A stretch of 55,775 bases of DNA from an uncultured Gammaproteobacteria bacterium (GTDB taxonomy: Bacteria; Patescibacteriota; Microgenomatia; Curtissbacterales; GWA2-41-24). Numbering within the stretch: the stretch's first letter is position 1; every line of letters begins with the position of its first letter. The DNA is taken from contig CAZLVB010000004.1 in NCBI GenBank assembly GCA_964562855.1, forward strand, positions 1-55,775. Direction: 5' to 3'. Shown in pieces: positions 15,450-25,331 of the stretch. Position numbers and translations under genes: made by a program. The notes beneath the pieces are model-generated. The model was given only the letters and a program-made list of their open reading frames with translations. It searched no databases and had not been told where the DNA came from.

Positions 15450-16095
15450 GTCTACAAATAAAAAAACAATCAAAGCAGTGCCAAAAATCGCAGCCGAGGT
15501 ATTCGATATTGCTGGCAAAAAACAAGAAAAACTGGCCTTACCAAAAGAAATCTTTGGCCAAAAGCCCAACGAGAAACTCCTAGCTCAGGCTATCCGGGTA
15601 TATCTTGCAAATCTTTCTTCCCATAAAGCTTCAACTAAAACTCGCTCACAAGTTCGTGGTGGAGGCAGAAAACCTTGGCGTCAAAAAGGAACAGGGAGAG
15701 CCAGGGCCGGGTCAATAAGATCGCCTCTCTGGGTGGGCGGAGGAGTGGCTTTTGGACCAAAGCCTAAAAACATCAAACTGAATCTTTCTAAAAAAATGAA
15801 GAAACAGGCATTGGTGGTCGCTCTTTCAACAAAAAATGCGGATGGCCAAGTTAAAGTGATTGCTAACTTTGAAAAGCTTCCCCCAAAAACGAAACTCGCC
15901 CAGAGTTTTTTGGACAAAATTGCCGTCCATGGAAAAACTTTAATAATTCTAGAAGATAGACAACCTAACGTAAAACTTGCCACCAGAAATATACCTGACG
16001 TATCTGTCGATTTGGTTACAAACCTCAATGCCTATGAAGTGCTCGCCCATGACAACTTACTTTTTTCAAAGCAAGCAATACAGAAAATCAAATGA
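15436..16095 (+). CDS. rplD: 50S ribosomal protein L4
   Basis: Start at MTKTKSTNKK with AGGAGGAG 7 nt upstream. Contains RGGGRKPWRQKGTGRAR. Confidence 0.92.
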   Translation: MTKTKSTNKKTIKAVPKIAAEVFDIAGKKQEKLALPKEIFGQKPNEKLLAQAIRVYLANLSSHKASTKTRSQVRGGGRKPWRQKGTGRARAGSIRSPLWVGGGVAFGPKPKNIKLNLSKKMKKQALVVALSTKNADGQVKVIANFEKLPPKTKLAQSFLDKIAVHGKTLIILEDRQPNVKLATRNIPDVSVDLVTNLNAYEVLAHDNLLFSKQAIQKIK

Positions 16096-16463
16096 GAACG
16101 AATTTAATCGAAAAAGCCCAATTATCAGAAAAAGCCTACAAAGATATGGCTAATGGCGTCTACACATTCATCGTTGCCGACTTTGCCAAGAAAGAACAAG
16201 TAGCAAAAGCTGTCGAAAAACAGTTTGCAGTAAAGGTTAAGAAAGTTAATATTGCAAAAATTGCCCCAAAAACAAAAAGAATTGGCAGAGGGCGAAAGAC
16301 AACTTTAGTCGGCGGAGCAAAGAAAGCAATCGTCTATTTGGCAAAAGGCCACCAAATTGCCATGTTTGCCACTAAAAAAGACCAAAAAAGTAAAAAGGCA
16401 GGCGAGCAAAGCATCAAAGAAAAAGACGACCAGGTAACAAAAGCAGAGGGTAAGGAGGGATAA
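16092..16463 (+). CDS. rplW: 50S ribosomal protein L23 with Lys/Glu-rich tail
   Basis: 123 aa. YTFIVADFAKKEQVAKAVEKQFAVKV is the L23 core. The position in the S10 operon fits. Confidence 0.9.
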   Translation: MRTNLIEKAQLSEKAYKDMANGVYTFIVADFAKKEQVAKAVEKQFAVKVKKVNIAKIAPKTKRIGRGRKTTLVGGAKKAIVYLAKGHQIAMFATKKDQKSKKAGEQSIKEKDDQVTKAEGKEG

Positions 16464-17282
16464 ATGGCAGTCAAGGTTTTCAAACCAATAACTCCAGGAC
16501 AACGATTTAAATCAATTATAGAAAACAAAGTAATCACTAAGATTCGACCGGAAAAAACCTTAATAGCCCCTCTCCCCAAAACCTCTGGAAGGTCGCAAGG
16601 AAGAGTAACAGTCCAAGGCAGAGGCGGAAGACATAAAAGAAATTTAAGGTTAATTGATTTTAAACGCGATAAAAGGGAAGTTCCAGCAATTGTAGCGGCT
16701 ATCGAATACGATCCAAATCGAAGTGCTCAAATCGCCCTCTTACATTACAGGGATGGTGAAAAAAGATATATTCTTGCACCAGGTGATATTAAAATCGGTG
16801 AAGAAATCGTTTCCTCTGACAAGGCGGAAATAAAACCTGGCAACGCTCTTCCTTTAAGTAAGATTCCAATTGGCACGACTGTTCATAATATCGAACTTAT
16901 TCCTGGCCGTGGCGCACAAATAGTAAGAAGTGCAGGCACAGGTGCGATTGTTTCTGCAAGAGAAGGAAAGTTTGTACACGTTAAATTACCTTCAAAAGAA
17001 GTCCGCAAAATTCACAGTCAGTCATACGCAACCATCGGCCAGATAGGGAACGCTGATTGGAAAAATATTACCTTCGGAAAAGCCGGTAAATCCCGTCACT
17101 ACGGAATAAAACCTCACGTGAGAGGGGTTGCCCAAGATCCGGGATCTCATCCCCACGGAGGGGGAGAAGGCAAATCGGGAACAGGAATGAACCCTAAAAC
17201 GCCAAGCGGCAAACGGGCTTTCGGAAAGACCAGAAAGAAAACCAAGCCGTCAAACAAGTTCATTTTGTCAAGGAGAAAGTAA
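16464..17282 (+). CDS. rplB: 50S ribosomal protein L2
   Basis: 272 aa. Contains GRGGRHKR, VRGVAQDPGSHPHGGGEG. Confidence 0.97.
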   Translation: MAVKVFKPITPGQRFKSIIENKVITKIRPEKTLIAPLPKTSGRSQGRVTVQGRGGRHKRNLRLIDFKRDKREVPAIVAAIEYDPNRSAQIALLHYRDGEKRYILAPGDIKIGEEIVSSDKAEIKPGNALPLSKIPIGTTVHNIELIPGRGAQIVRSAGTGAIVSAREGKFVHVKLPSKEVRKIHSQSYATIGQIGNADWKNITFGKAGKSRHYGIKPHVRGVAQDPGSHPHGGGEGKSGTGMNPKTPSGKRAFGKTRKKTKPSNKFILSRRK

Positions 17283-17368
17283 TGACGATCAAAGACAAAA
17301 TATCAGAGGAGCGCACTGAGCAAAGTCGAAGTGCGACCTGCTGATTTATTGTCAAGGAGAAAGTAATG
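17265..17368 (+). repeat. 64-nt hairpin insertion flanked by a 20-nt direct duplication of the rplB-stop/rpsS-start junction
   Basis: TTGTCAAGGAGAAAGTAATG occurs at 17265-17284 and again at 17349-17368. The insert contains ATCAGAGGAGCGCAC...GTGCGACCTGCTGAT inverted arms. Confidence 0.85.
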
Positions 17369-17650
17369 GCAAGATCAAGCAGAAAAGGTCCGTACATAGA
17401 TCAAAAATTACTTAAAAAGGTTGTTGTCCAAAAAGAATCAGGGAAAAAAGAGCCAATTAAAACCTGGTCTCGTGCAAGCCAGATTCCGCCGGAGTTTGTA
17501 GGGCACACATTCGCTGTCCACAACGGACGAATTTTTATCAATGTCTTCGTTTCTGAACCGATGGTTGGCCACAGACTTGGAGAATTTGCCCCGACGAGAA
17601 CCTTTAGGGGTCACGGGAAAATAACAGAGAAGTCAACTGCTAAGAAATAA
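17366..17650 (+). CDS. rpsS: 30S ribosomal protein S19
   Basis: 94 aa. Contains [10 protein letters not shown]...[19 protein letters not shown]. Confidence 0.97.
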   Translation: MARSSRKGPYIDQKLLKKVVVQKESGKKEPIKTWSRASQIPPEFVGHTFAVHNGRIFINVFVSEPMVGHRLGEFAPTRTFRGHGKITEKSTAKK

Positions 17651-17651
17651 G

Positions 17652-18068
17652 ATGAATCAAGTTACTGCATACGCAAAAAATATCCGAATATCGCCGCAGA
17701 AAGTTTCGCTCGTGACAAGAGAAATTAAAAAAATGAAACCTCACGAGGCGGTTAAAATTCTGGACTTCGTCCCAAATAAGTCCTCAAAAATTGTTAAGAA
17801 AGTATTACTTTCCGCAATGGCCAACGCCAAGAACAATTTTGGCGCTAAAGATGAATCTTTATTCATCGACAAGATAATAGTCTCGAAAGGACCAATGTTC
17901 AAAAGATATCGCGCGGTTGCCCGAGGCAGAGCGCATCCTATTTTGAAAAGGACTGCTCACATTAAAGTGGTTCTCGGAAGTGATGCCAAAGTAGAACAGA
18001 AAGAACAGAAAGCTACCGAAGTTACACAGGATATTAAAACGAAAACAAAGATTAAGGAGAGTAAATGA
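17652..18068 (+). CDS. rplV: 50S ribosomal protein L22 with Lys-rich tail
   Basis: 138 aa. Contains AYAKNIRISPQKVSLVTREIK. Confidence 0.95.
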   Translation: MNQVTAYAKNIRISPQKVSLVTREIKKMKPHEAVKILDFVPNKSSKIVKKVLLSAMANAKNNFGAKDESLFIDKIIVSKGPMFKRYRAVARGRAHPILKRTAHIKVVLGSDAKVEQKEQKATEVTQDIKTKTKIKESK

Positions 18069-18077
18069 TATCACTAT

Positions 18078-18125
18078 TGGAAATTGGAAAAGTCGCGTTC
18101 GCGTTCGCGAAGTGGAAATTGGAAA
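18078..18125 (+). repeat. TGGAAATTGGAAA direct repeats flanking a GC-rich core
   Basis: Identical 13-mers at 18078-18090 and 18113-18125 flank AGTCGCGTTCGCGTTCGCGAAG. The same architecture occurs at 21239-21289. Confidence 0.8.
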
Positions 18126-18146
18126 TTCCCGACAAAGGAGGGCTTT

Positions 18147-18785
18147 ATGGGCCAAAAAGTTAATCCAATTGGATTTAGGCTTGGGAGTGTTTATACTTGG
18201 AGCTCCAGATGGTTTGCTACCGGTAAAGCCTATTCCCAGTATCTTTTAGAAGATCGCCAGCTGCGGCAATTTTTAATGGCCAGACTTAAAAGTGCCGGCA
18301 TAGCAAAAGTCGAAATTGAAAGGTCGTTTGACAAAAGAACAATTATCTTGCATGTTTCGCGTCCCGGAATTGCCATCGGTCGCGGCGGAACGGGAATCGA
18401 GCAGTTAAAAGAGGAATTAATTAAGAAGTTGAAAATCAAAGATCCCAAAAAAATAGAAATCAAATTTGAAGAAATTAAAAATCCCGATCTTGACGCTTAT
18501 CTTATTTGCGCAAATGTTGCGGAGCAATTAGAAAGAAGATTCCCTTTTAGAAGGATTATGAATCAAACCCTAGAAAGGATAAAAAGATCAGGCGCAAAGG
18601 GTGCTAGGATAACCGTTTCGGGCCGGCTGGGCGGTTCCGAGATCGCCAGAACCGAAACCTTAAGGTTTGGAGCAATCCCTCTCCACACAATCCGGGCAAA
18701 TATCGATTTTGCAAAAAAAGACGCGAAAGTGCCCAAATCCGGAGTGGTTGGAGTTAAGACCTGGATTTTTAAGGGTGAAACATAA
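18147..18785 (+). CDS. rpsC: 30S ribosomal protein S3
   Basis: Start at MGQKVNPIGFRLG with AAGGAGG upstream. The track start at 18084 reads through the repeat. Confidence 0.93.
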   Translation: MGQKVNPIGFRLGSVYTWSSRWFATGKAYSQYLLEDRQLRQFLMARLKSAGIAKVEIERSFDKRTIILHVSRPGIAIGRGGTGIEQLKEELIKKLKIKDPKKIEIKFEEIKNPDLDAYLICANVAEQLERRFPFRRIMNQTLERIKRSGAKGARITVSGRLGGSEIARTETLRFGAIPLHTIRANIDFAKKDAKVPKSGVVGVKTWIFKGET

Positions 18786-18896
18786 TTATGGAAAGATTAG
18801 TTATGAGGAGTTTAGCTAAAAGTTATAAGAAGGGTGAGACAGTAGTTCTCAAAACTCATCACTCACCACTAAACTACTGCGACTGAAAGGAGCACC

Positions 18897-19301
18897 ATGC
18901 TAGCACCAAAGAGAGCAAAATACCGAAAACAATTTAGAAACAGGATAAAAGGTCTATCAAGGTCCAGAACTTCTCTTGCATTTGGGTCATGGGGATTAAA
19001 AAGCCTAGAAGCAGGCTGGATTACTGCCAGACAAATTGAAGCAGCAAGAAGAGCTATGACCCACTACACCAAGAGAGGAGGCAGGATTTGGATTAGACTT
19101 TTTCCTGATAAGCCTGTCACCAAAAAGCCGGCAGAAACAAGAATGGGTTCCGGCAAAGGTGATGTCAGCCATTACGTCGCAATCGTAAAACCTGGGACAA
19201 TAATTTTCGAAATGGGAGCGGTTACGGACGATGTCGCAAATGAGTCCATGAGACTGGCATCACATAAATTACCGGTTAAAACAGTAATTATCACAAAATG
19301 A
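18897..19301 (+). CDS. rplP: 50S ribosomal protein L16
   Basis: 134 aa. Contains [14 protein letters not shown]...ETRMGSGKG. Confidence 0.97.
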   Translation: MLAPKRAKYRKQFRNRIKGLSRSRTSLAFGSWGLKSLEAGWITARQIEAARRAMTHYTKRGGRIWIRLFPDKPVTKKPAETRMGSGKGDVSHYVAIVKPGTIIFEMGAVTDDVANESMRLASHKLPVKTVIITK

Positions 19302-19549
19302 AAAAAAGAGAAATCGCCGAGCTTAAAAGTAAAAAAATTGAAGAGTTAAATGCGAAAATGGATCAGTTAAAAAACGAGATAGTAACAAACCTACTCGAAT
19401 TAAAAATGGGCAAACTTAAAAATGTACATTTAATAAATAAAAAAAAGAAAGACGTTGCCAGACTTAAAACAATAATTAAATTTCATTATTTGGAAATAAA
19501 CAAGACTGGTAAGTTGTTAGAAAAGGAGAAAGAAAATGGCACAGATTAA
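19298..19549 (+). CDS. rpmC: 50S ribosomal protein L29
   Basis: 83 aa. L29-like helical N-terminus, operon position between L16 and S17, and a 4-nt overlap. Confidence 0.85.
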   Translation: MKKREIAELKSKKIEELNAKMDQLKNEIVTNLLELKMGKLKNVHLINKKKKDVARLKTIIKFHYLEINKTGKLLEKEKENGTD

Positions 19550-19766
19550 AACGGGTATTGTTGTTAAAAACAAGATGGAAAAAGCCGTCGTGGTAAAGGT
19601 GTCGGCAAAAGTAAAACACCCCTTTTATAAGAAACTGGTTACCCGTACCAAAAAATTTAAGGCTCATACAGACCAAAAGTTAAAAGTCGGGCAAAAGGTA
19701 AAAATTATAAACACCAGGCCATTTTCAAGCCAGGTACATTTTAAAATCTTGGAGGTGCAAGACTAA
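19536..19766 (+). CDS. rpsQ: 30S ribosomal protein S17
   Basis: 76 aa. Contains GIVVKNKMEKAVVVKV....HP.YKK. Confidence 0.93.
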   Translation: MAQIKTGIVVKNKMEKAVVVKVSAKVKHPFYKKLVTRTKKFKAHTDQKLKVGQKVKIINTRPFSSQVHFKILEVQD

Positions 19767-20134
19767 TGCTTGCCAGAAGATCTAAATTAAACGTTGCCGA
19801 TAACAGTGGTGCAAAAAACCTGATAATCATTGGGATAGGTAAAGGAACCGGTAGAAGATTCGTCAAATTGGCAGATGTTGTTACCTGTACCGTTAGAAGA
19901 GCGATTCCTCAAGCTGCAGTAAAAGATCACGAGATAGTCAAAGCAGTAATTGTTAGATCAAAAAAAGAAACAAGGCGCAATGACGGTTCCTATATTCGAT
20001 TTTCTGACAATGCCGCAGTTGTTATTGATGATGCAAACGCGCCGCGGGGAACAAGAATCTTTGGACCAGTTGCAGCTGAAATCAAGCAAAAGGGATTTAC
20101 CAAGATAGCATCGCTAGCAAAGGAGGTCGTCTGA
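19766..20134 (+). CDS. rplN: 50S ribosomal protein L14
   Basis: 122 aa. Contains LNVADNSGAK...IRF..NA.V. Confidence 0.97.
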   Translation: MLARRSKLNVADNSGAKNLIIIGIGKGTGRRFVKLADVVTCTVRRAIPQAAVKDHEIVKAVIVRSKKETRRNDGSYIRFSDNAAVVIDDANAPRGTRIFGPVAAEIKQKGFTKIASLAKEVV

Positions 20135-20136
20135 AA

Positions 20137-20445
20137 ATGTTCAGATTAAAAGTCGGGGACGAAGTTTTAGTCACTACCGGTAAGGACAAAGGCAAAAAAG
20201 GGAAAATAGAAAAAATTTTTCCAAAAGAAAATAAATTGCAAATAGAATCGATAAACATCATAAAAAAACACAAAAAGATCTCAAAAGGAAAATCAAGTGG
20301 AATCTTTGAGGTATCTTCGCCGATTTTTGCATCCAAAGTATCGCTAATCTGTCCAAAGTGTACAAAACCAACCAGAGTCGGCTTTGCAATTGAAAACGGG
20401 AGGAAAAATCGGATTTGTATCAAGTGTAAAGGAGTGCTTAAATGA
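20137..20445 (+). CDS. rplX: 50S ribosomal protein L24 (with CxxC...CxxC)
   Basis: 102 aa. KVGDEVLVTTGKDKGKKGKI is a KOW motif. Also has CPKC...CIKC. Confidence 0.93.
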   Translation: MFRLKVGDEVLVTTGKDKGKKGKIEKIFPKENKLQIESINIIKKHKKISKGKSSGIFEVSSPIFASKVSLICPKCTKPTRVGFAIENGRKNRICIKCKGVLK

Positions 20446-21044
20446 CTAACCTATCCCAAACGCGTTCTGAAGCGAGAAAGAAAGATTCACGGACCTCGGA
20501 TCGTGGGAATTTATATTCAAAATTCCAGACAGAAGCCGTACCAAAATTAAAAGAGGAGTTCAACCTTAAGAATGATTTAGCCCTGCCTAAGATCGAAAAA
20601 ATTGTTATTAATTTTAGCATGGCCGATGCTTTAACGGACAAAGATGTAATTGGTAAAGTTACCGAACAAATGGCTCAAATTTCCGGCCAAAAACCGAGAT
20701 TGACAAAGGCCAGAAAGGCAATTTCTACATTTAAATTAAGACAGGGAGACACAATCGGAGCGAAAGTCACTTTAAGAAGTAAAAAAGCTTGGCAATTTTT
20801 GGAAAAATTTATTGCCGTAGCTATCCCAAGATTGAGAGATTTTAGGGGAGTTTCTCCCCTAAAATTTGATTCAGCTGGCAATTACACTTTTGGCTTAACG
20901 GAACAGATAATTTTTCCAGAAATTGATTATGCGAAAATCGATAAAATTAGAGGAATGTCTTTGACAATTACTATAAAAAATACAAATCCTCAAAAATCAA
21001 TCAGATTACTTGAGCTGTTAGGAGTTCCCTTTAAAAAGAATTAA
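20442..21044 (+). CDS. rplE: 50S ribosomal protein L5
   Basis: 200 aa. Contains [13 protein letters not shown]...FRGVS...[19 protein letters not shown]. The N-terminal 20 aa or so are extra. Confidence 0.95.
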   Translation: MTNLSQTRSEARKKDSRTSDRGNLYSKFQTEAVPKLKEEFNLKNDLALPKIEKIVINFSMADALTDKDVIGKVTEQMAQISGQKPRLTKARKAISTFKLRQGDTIGAKVTLRSKKAWQFLEKFIAVAIPRLRDFRGVSPLKFDSAGNYTFGLTEQIIFPEIDYAKIDKIRGMSLTITIKNTNPQKSIRLLELLGVPFKKN

Positions 21045-21045
21045 T

Positions 21046-21231
21046 ATGGCAAAAAAATCAAAAATTGTAAAAAACGAAAAAAAACAAAAATTTGCTGTCA
21101 GATACGTCAATCGTTGCAAAATTTGCGGAAGACCCCGCGCTTATTTAAGAAAATTCGGAATTTGTAGATTGTGTTTTAGAGATCTGGTTCATAAAGGAGA
21201 AATTCCGGGGGTCAAAAAAGCATCATGGTAG
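21046..21231 (+). CDS. rpsN: 30S ribosomal protein S14 type Z (zinc-binding)
   Basis: 61 aa. Contains [10 protein letters not shown]...CRLCFR. Confidence 0.96.
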   Translation: MAKKSKIVKNEKKQKFAVRYVNRCKICGRPRAYLRKFGICRLCFRDLVHKGEIPGVKKASW

Positions 21232-21238
21232 AAATTAG

Positions 21239-21289
21239 TTGGAAATTGAAAATTAGAAAGCGAAGTTTTGCTTCGCAAATTTGGAAATT
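21239..21289 (+). repeat. TTGGAAATT direct repeats flanking the GCGAAG...CTTCGC hairpin
   Basis: TTGGAAATTGAAAA at 21239-21252, a hairpin at 21260-21276, and TTGGAAATT at 21281-21289, within the rpsN-rpsH spacer. Confidence 0.75.
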
Positions 21290-21316
21290 TAATTTCGACC
21301 GAAGGGAGAAATCATA

Positions 21317-21691
21317 GTGGATCCAGTATCAGATATGCTCACAATAATTAGAAATGGTTATATGGCTAACAAAATGCAAGTTGCAATTCCTTTTTCGAAG
21401 TTTAAGCTTGAAATTGCTAAGGTCTTAGAAAAAGAGAAATTTGTGAATAAAATTTCTAAAGAAAGTTCGTCATTAACAATAGAACTTCTGTACGAAAATC
21501 ACAAGCCTAAAATTACTCAAATCAAACGAGTTTCCAAGCCGGGGTTAAGAGTATATGTAAGGGGTAAAAATATAAAAAGAATTAAAGGCGGAAAAGGGAA
21601 AATTATTATCTCTACTCCAGATGGATTGATGACGGGTGAGGAAGCAAAAACAAAAAAACTGGGAGGGGAGGTCATTTGCCAAATTTGGTAA
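21317..21691 (+). CDS. rpsH: 30S ribosomal protein S8
   Basis: 124 aa with a GTG start. Contains DPVSDMLTIIRNG. Confidence 0.95.
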   Translation: MDPVSDMLTIIRNGYMANKMQVAIPFSKFKLEIAKVLEKEKFVNKISKESSSLTIELLYENHKPKITQIKRVSKPGLRVYVRGKNIKRIKGGKGKIIISTPDGLMTGEEAKTKKLGGEVICQIW

Positions 21692-21696
21692 TAAAA

Positions 21697-22242
21697 ATGA
21701 GTAAAATTGGAAAACAGCCAATAATTTTATCTAAAGATGTAAACGCGCAGATTAACGACTCAATCATTAAGGTTGTCGGTCCCAAAGGAGAACTGGTATT
21801 TGAAGTACGTCCAGAGATAAAAGTAGAAATTGCCGAGGACAAAATTATTGTTTCGAGAAAAAACGAAACCAAACTTGCAAGATCGCTGCATGGCCTAACC
21901 CGCAGTGTCATTGCAAATATGATTCAAGGTGTAACAGCCGGTCATCAAAAAACTCTCGAAATAGTCGGCGTTGGTTATCGAGCAGCAAAACAAGGTGATG
22001 ATTTGATTTTAAATGTCGGCTACTCGCACCCTGTCATAATTCCAAAAACTCCAAATGTAGATATTGAAACCAAAGACAATAAAATAATTGTTTCTGGCAT
22101 TGATAAGGTGACAGTCGGAGAGATTGCGGCAAGAATCAGGAAAATAAGACCACCTGAGCCGTACAAAGGAAAAGGGATTAAATATTTGGGAGAAGTAGTT
22201 AGAAGAAAAGCTGGAAAAACCGTCAAAGCAGTAGGAGCATAA
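21697..22242 (+). CDS. rplF: 50S ribosomal protein L6
   Basis: Start at MSKIGKQPI. Contains PEPYKGKGI. Confidence 0.93.
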   Translation: MSKIGKQPIILSKDVNAQINDSIIKVVGPKGELVFEVRPEIKVEIAEDKIIVSRKNETKLARSLHGLTRSVIANMIQGVTAGHQKTLEIVGVGYRAAKQGDDLILNVGYSHPVIIPKTPNVDIETKDNKIIVSGIDKVTVGEIAARIRKIRPPEPYKGKGIKYLGEVVRRKAGKTVKAVGA

Positions 22243-22249
22243 AAATTTT

Positions 22250-22597
22250 ATGAAATCAAGTCTAAATAAAAGATCAGTAAGGCATTATAGAATTCGTCAC
22301 AAAATGGGAAAGTCTAATTTGCCGAGATTTTCGGTCTTTAGATCAAACAATCACATCTATGCCCAAATTATAGATGACATCAAGAGCAGCACCGTGGCAT
22401 CTTATTCAGATCTTAATTTAAAAGAAAAATCAGAAAAGGGAAAGTTAGAGCAAGCGTTCGAGGTCGGATTAGCGCTTGCAAAATCGGCTCTTGCCAAAAA
22501 AATTCAGAAAGTTAAATTTGATCGTGGGGGATACAAATATCATGGCCGAGTTAAATCAATGGCAGAAGGCGCAAGGAAAGGAGGCTTAATTTTTTAA
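22250..22597 (+). CDS. rplR: 50S ribosomal protein L18
   Basis: 115 aa. Contains [18 protein letters not shown]...[13 protein letters not shown]. Confidence 0.96.
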   Translation: MKSSLNKRSVRHYRIRHKMGKSNLPRFSVFRSNNHIYAQIIDDIKSSTVASYSDLNLKEKSEKGKLEQAFEVGLALAKSALAKKIQKVKFDRGGYKYHGRVKSMAEGARKGGLIF

Positions 22598-23049
22598 TGG
22601 CACAAGTTGGTCAAGAAATGGTAAGGGATTTTGAAGAAAAAGTTGTCCAAATTAATAGAGTTTCAAAAAAGACAAAGGGTGGAAATAGAATTGGATTTAC
22701 AGCACTTGTTGTAGTAGGAGACAAAAAGGGAAAAGTAGGTGTAGGAAAAGGTAAATCAAAGGATGTAGCGACTGCTATCAGAAAAGGAATAACCTATGCT
22801 AAAAAACATTTAATCGACGTACCAATAATAAATGGTACGATCAGAAGCGATATCTACCTGAAATTAGGGGCAGCCAAGATTCTCTTAAAACCGGCTTCTG
22901 AAGGTACGGGAGTCATCGCTGGCGGTGCGGTCAGGGCTGTCGTCGAAGCTGCGGGTATCAGAAATATTTCAAGTAAAATTCTAGGGACGAAAAATAAAGC
23001 ATCAAATGTTTACGCCACGCTAGAAGCCTTAAAAGATTTATCAAGATGA
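22597..23049 (+). CDS. rpsE: 30S ribosomal protein S5
   Basis: 150 aa. Contains [32 protein letters not shown]. Confidence 0.96.
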   Translation: MAQVGQEMVRDFEEKVVQINRVSKKTKGGNRIGFTALVVVGDKKGKVGVGKGKSKDVATAIRKGITYAKKHLIDVPIINGTIRSDIYLKLGAAKILLKPASEGTGVIAGGAVRAVVEAAGIRNISSKILGTKNKASNVYATLEALKDLSR

Positions 23050-23489
23050 AACTTAACAATCTACCCAAGATAAATAAAAAACGAAAAAAAACAATTGGCC
23101 GAGGTCCCGGTTCCGGAAAGGGTAAAACAGGCGGTAAGGGCACAAAAGGGCAAAATGTTAGAGGGAAAATCCCTATCACGCATGCTCATTACGAAGGCGG
23201 CCAAAGGCCCATTTTCAAAAGATTGCCCTATAAGCGCGGCAAAGGCAATAGCAAGATTTCTAAAAAACCGATTATTGTGAACCTGAAAGTTCTTAATATT
23301 TTACCAAGGGGCACCGTAGTGGATATTGAGTCTTTAATTAAATTCGGAATCGTTGATAAAAACGATGCAAAAAAATTCGGTGTCAAAATTTTAGGCAGCG
23401 GTGAAATAAATCATTCGATGGAAATAAAACTTCCAATTTCAAATAGTGCGAAACAGAAAATAGAAAAAATGAAAGTCAAAAAAGATTAG
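23046..23489 (+). CDS. rplO: 50S ribosomal protein L15
   Basis: 147 aa. Contains [19 protein letters not shown]. It overlaps the rpsE stop by 4 nt, leaving no room for rpmD. Confidence 0.95.
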   Translation: MKLNNLPKINKKRKKTIGRGPGSGKGKTGGKGTKGQNVRGKIPITHAHYEGGQRPIFKRLPYKRGKGNSKISKKPIIVNLKVLNILPRGTVVDIESLIKFGIVDKNDAKKFGVKILGSGEINHSMEIKLPISNSAKQKIEKMKVKKD

Positions 23490-23497
23490 CCAAATCC

Positions 23498-24799
23498 GTG
23501 GATTATTTTCAAAAGTTACTACAAACAATAACTAAACTTTACAAAGTCAAAGAATTGCGCGGCAAAATTCTTTTCACAGCCGTCATCTTCCTTATTTTTC
23601 GGATTTTTGTTTTTGTTCCTGTGCCTGGTGTTGATTTGGAATCCATTAAGAGGCTATTCGCAGAAAATCAACTTCTTTCTCTTTTGAACATTTTTTCCGG
23701 CGGAACCCTTGCTAACTTTTCCGTGATGTCTTTAGGCTTAAATCCTTATATCAATGCCAGTATTATAATGCAACTTTTGCAAATGGTTTTCCCAAAACTT
23801 GAAGAACTTGCCAAGGAAGGGGAATCTGGAAGAGCAAAAATAAATCAATACACAAGGTATCTAACAGTCCCGCTCACGGTCATTCAATCATTTGGAATGT
23901 ACATTCTTTTACTTAATGCCCAGGTAATAGAAAGACTTGATCCACCTACCTTGATTTCACTTGTTTTTACTATGACAGCTGGAACTATTCTTTTGATGTG
24001 GTTTGGTGAGCTGATTTCTCAAAGAGGTATCGGCAACGGTATTTCAATGATAATTTTCGCAGGCATTGTGGGCAGATTACCTGTGGGCCTCGCCCAGCAG
24101 GCTTCTGTTTTTGATCCTACCTTAATAAAAAATTTAGTTATTTTCGTGGTGATGGCTCTATTAGTGGTGGTCTCTATAGTTATCGTAACAGAAGCAAGGA
24201 GGCCGATTAAAGTGCAGTACTCAAGAAGACCCCAGGAAGGCGCACCTTCTACTGTCTCAAGTTATATCCCCCTAAGAGTCAATCAAGCAGGAGTTATCCC
24301 AATCATTTTCGCTGTTTCTCTAATTCTCTTACCGACAACTTTTGCCAGATTTTTTGAAAGGTCTCCGAATGTAACAATTGCCAATTTAGCTCAAGATCTC
24401 CAAAGACTTTTCAGTCCAGACCAAATTTTATACAACGTAACCTATTTTTTGTTGGTTGTTGCTTTTACTTATTTCTACACTACGGTCGCGTTCAATACCA
24501 AACAAATATCCGAAATGCTGATGAAGCAGGGCGGCTTTTTACCCGGAATCAGACCCGGCTCCCCAACTAAATCATATTTAGATTTTGTTTCTCTGAGAAT
24601 TACTCTTTTTGGGGCCATATTTTTGGGATTGATCGCAATTCTACCGTCAATTGGACAAGCTTTAACACAAATACAGACACTACTAATCGGTGGAACTGGT
24701 CTTTTGATAGTTGTGGCAGTCATTTTAGAAACTTCTAAAAATATAGAATCCCAATTAGTCATGAGAGATTATGACACCTTTTTAAGGAGGTGCATGTGA
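23498..24799 (+). CDS. secY: Preprotein translocase subunit SecY
   Basis: 433 aa, 10-TM pattern. Contains [15 protein letters not shown] and [11 protein letters not shown]. Confidence 0.96.
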   Translation: MDYFQKLLQTITKLYKVKELRGKILFTAVIFLIFRIFVFVPVPGVDLESIKRLFAENQLLSLLNIFSGGTLANFSVMSLGLNPYINASIIMQLLQMVFPKLEELAKEGESGRAKINQYTRYLTVPLTVIQSFGMYILLLNAQVIERLDPPTLISLVFTMTAGTILLMWFGELISQRGIGNGISMIIFAGIVGRLPVGLAQQASVFDPTLIKNLVIFVVMALLVVVSIVIVTEARRPIKVQYSRRPQEGAPSTVSSYIPLRVNQAGVIPIIFAVSLILLPTTFARFFERSPNVTIANLAQDLQRLFSPDQILYNVTYFLLVVAFTYFYTTVAFNTKQISEMLMKQGGFLPGIRPGSPTKSYLDFVSLRITLFGAIFLGLIAILPSIGQALTQIQTLLIGGTGLLIVVAVILETSKNIESQLVMRDYDTFLRRCM

Positions 24800-25326
24800 A
24801 ATTAGTTTTTCTGGGAAGTCAGGGCAGCGGTAAATCAACACAGGCTAAAGTAGCGGCCGAAAAATTAAATTTACCTTGGGTAGAAATGGGTCAACTTTTC
24901 AGGGATGAATCTGTGCTACAAACCCAGGACGGATCTGATATTCGAGCGGCTTTAGAGGTCGGTAATTTGGTCCCAGACCCAATAGCCATTAAAATTTTGC
25001 ACGAGCGTCTTGCGAGGCCAGATTGCAAACGAGGCTATATTCTTGATGGTTATCCCAGGAATTATGCTCAGCTTGAAGGGCTCGATCAAGATATAGAAAA
25101 AGTGTTTTATATTAAAGTTTCCGACCAGGAAGCTATCAGAAGGTTACTGGCAAGAGGCAGGACAGATGACAACCTTGAAGTATTGACCAGAAGACTTGAA
25201 ATTTATCACAAAGAAACTGAGCCGTTACTGGGCTATTTTAGAGAAAGAAGAATACTTGAGGAAATAGACGGAGAAAGGCCGATCGAAATGATTGCGCAAG
25301 ACGTAGCAGGCAGAATCAAAAAATAA
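24796..25326 (+). CDS. adk: Adenylate kinase (short form)
   Basis: [11 protein letters not shown] is a P-loop. The GTG at 24796 lies 5 nt after AAGGAGG. The track start at 24790 is an alternative. Confidence 0.9.
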   Translation: MKLVFLGSQGSGKSTQAKVAAEKLNLPWVEMGQLFRDESVLQTQDGSDIRAALEVGNLVPDPIAIKILHERLARPDCKRGYILDGYPRNYAQLEGLDQDIEKVFYIKVSDQEAIRRLLARGRTDDNLEVLTRRLEIYHKETEPLLGYFRERRILEEIDGERPIEMIAQDVAGRIKK

Positions 25327-25331
25327 AAATC

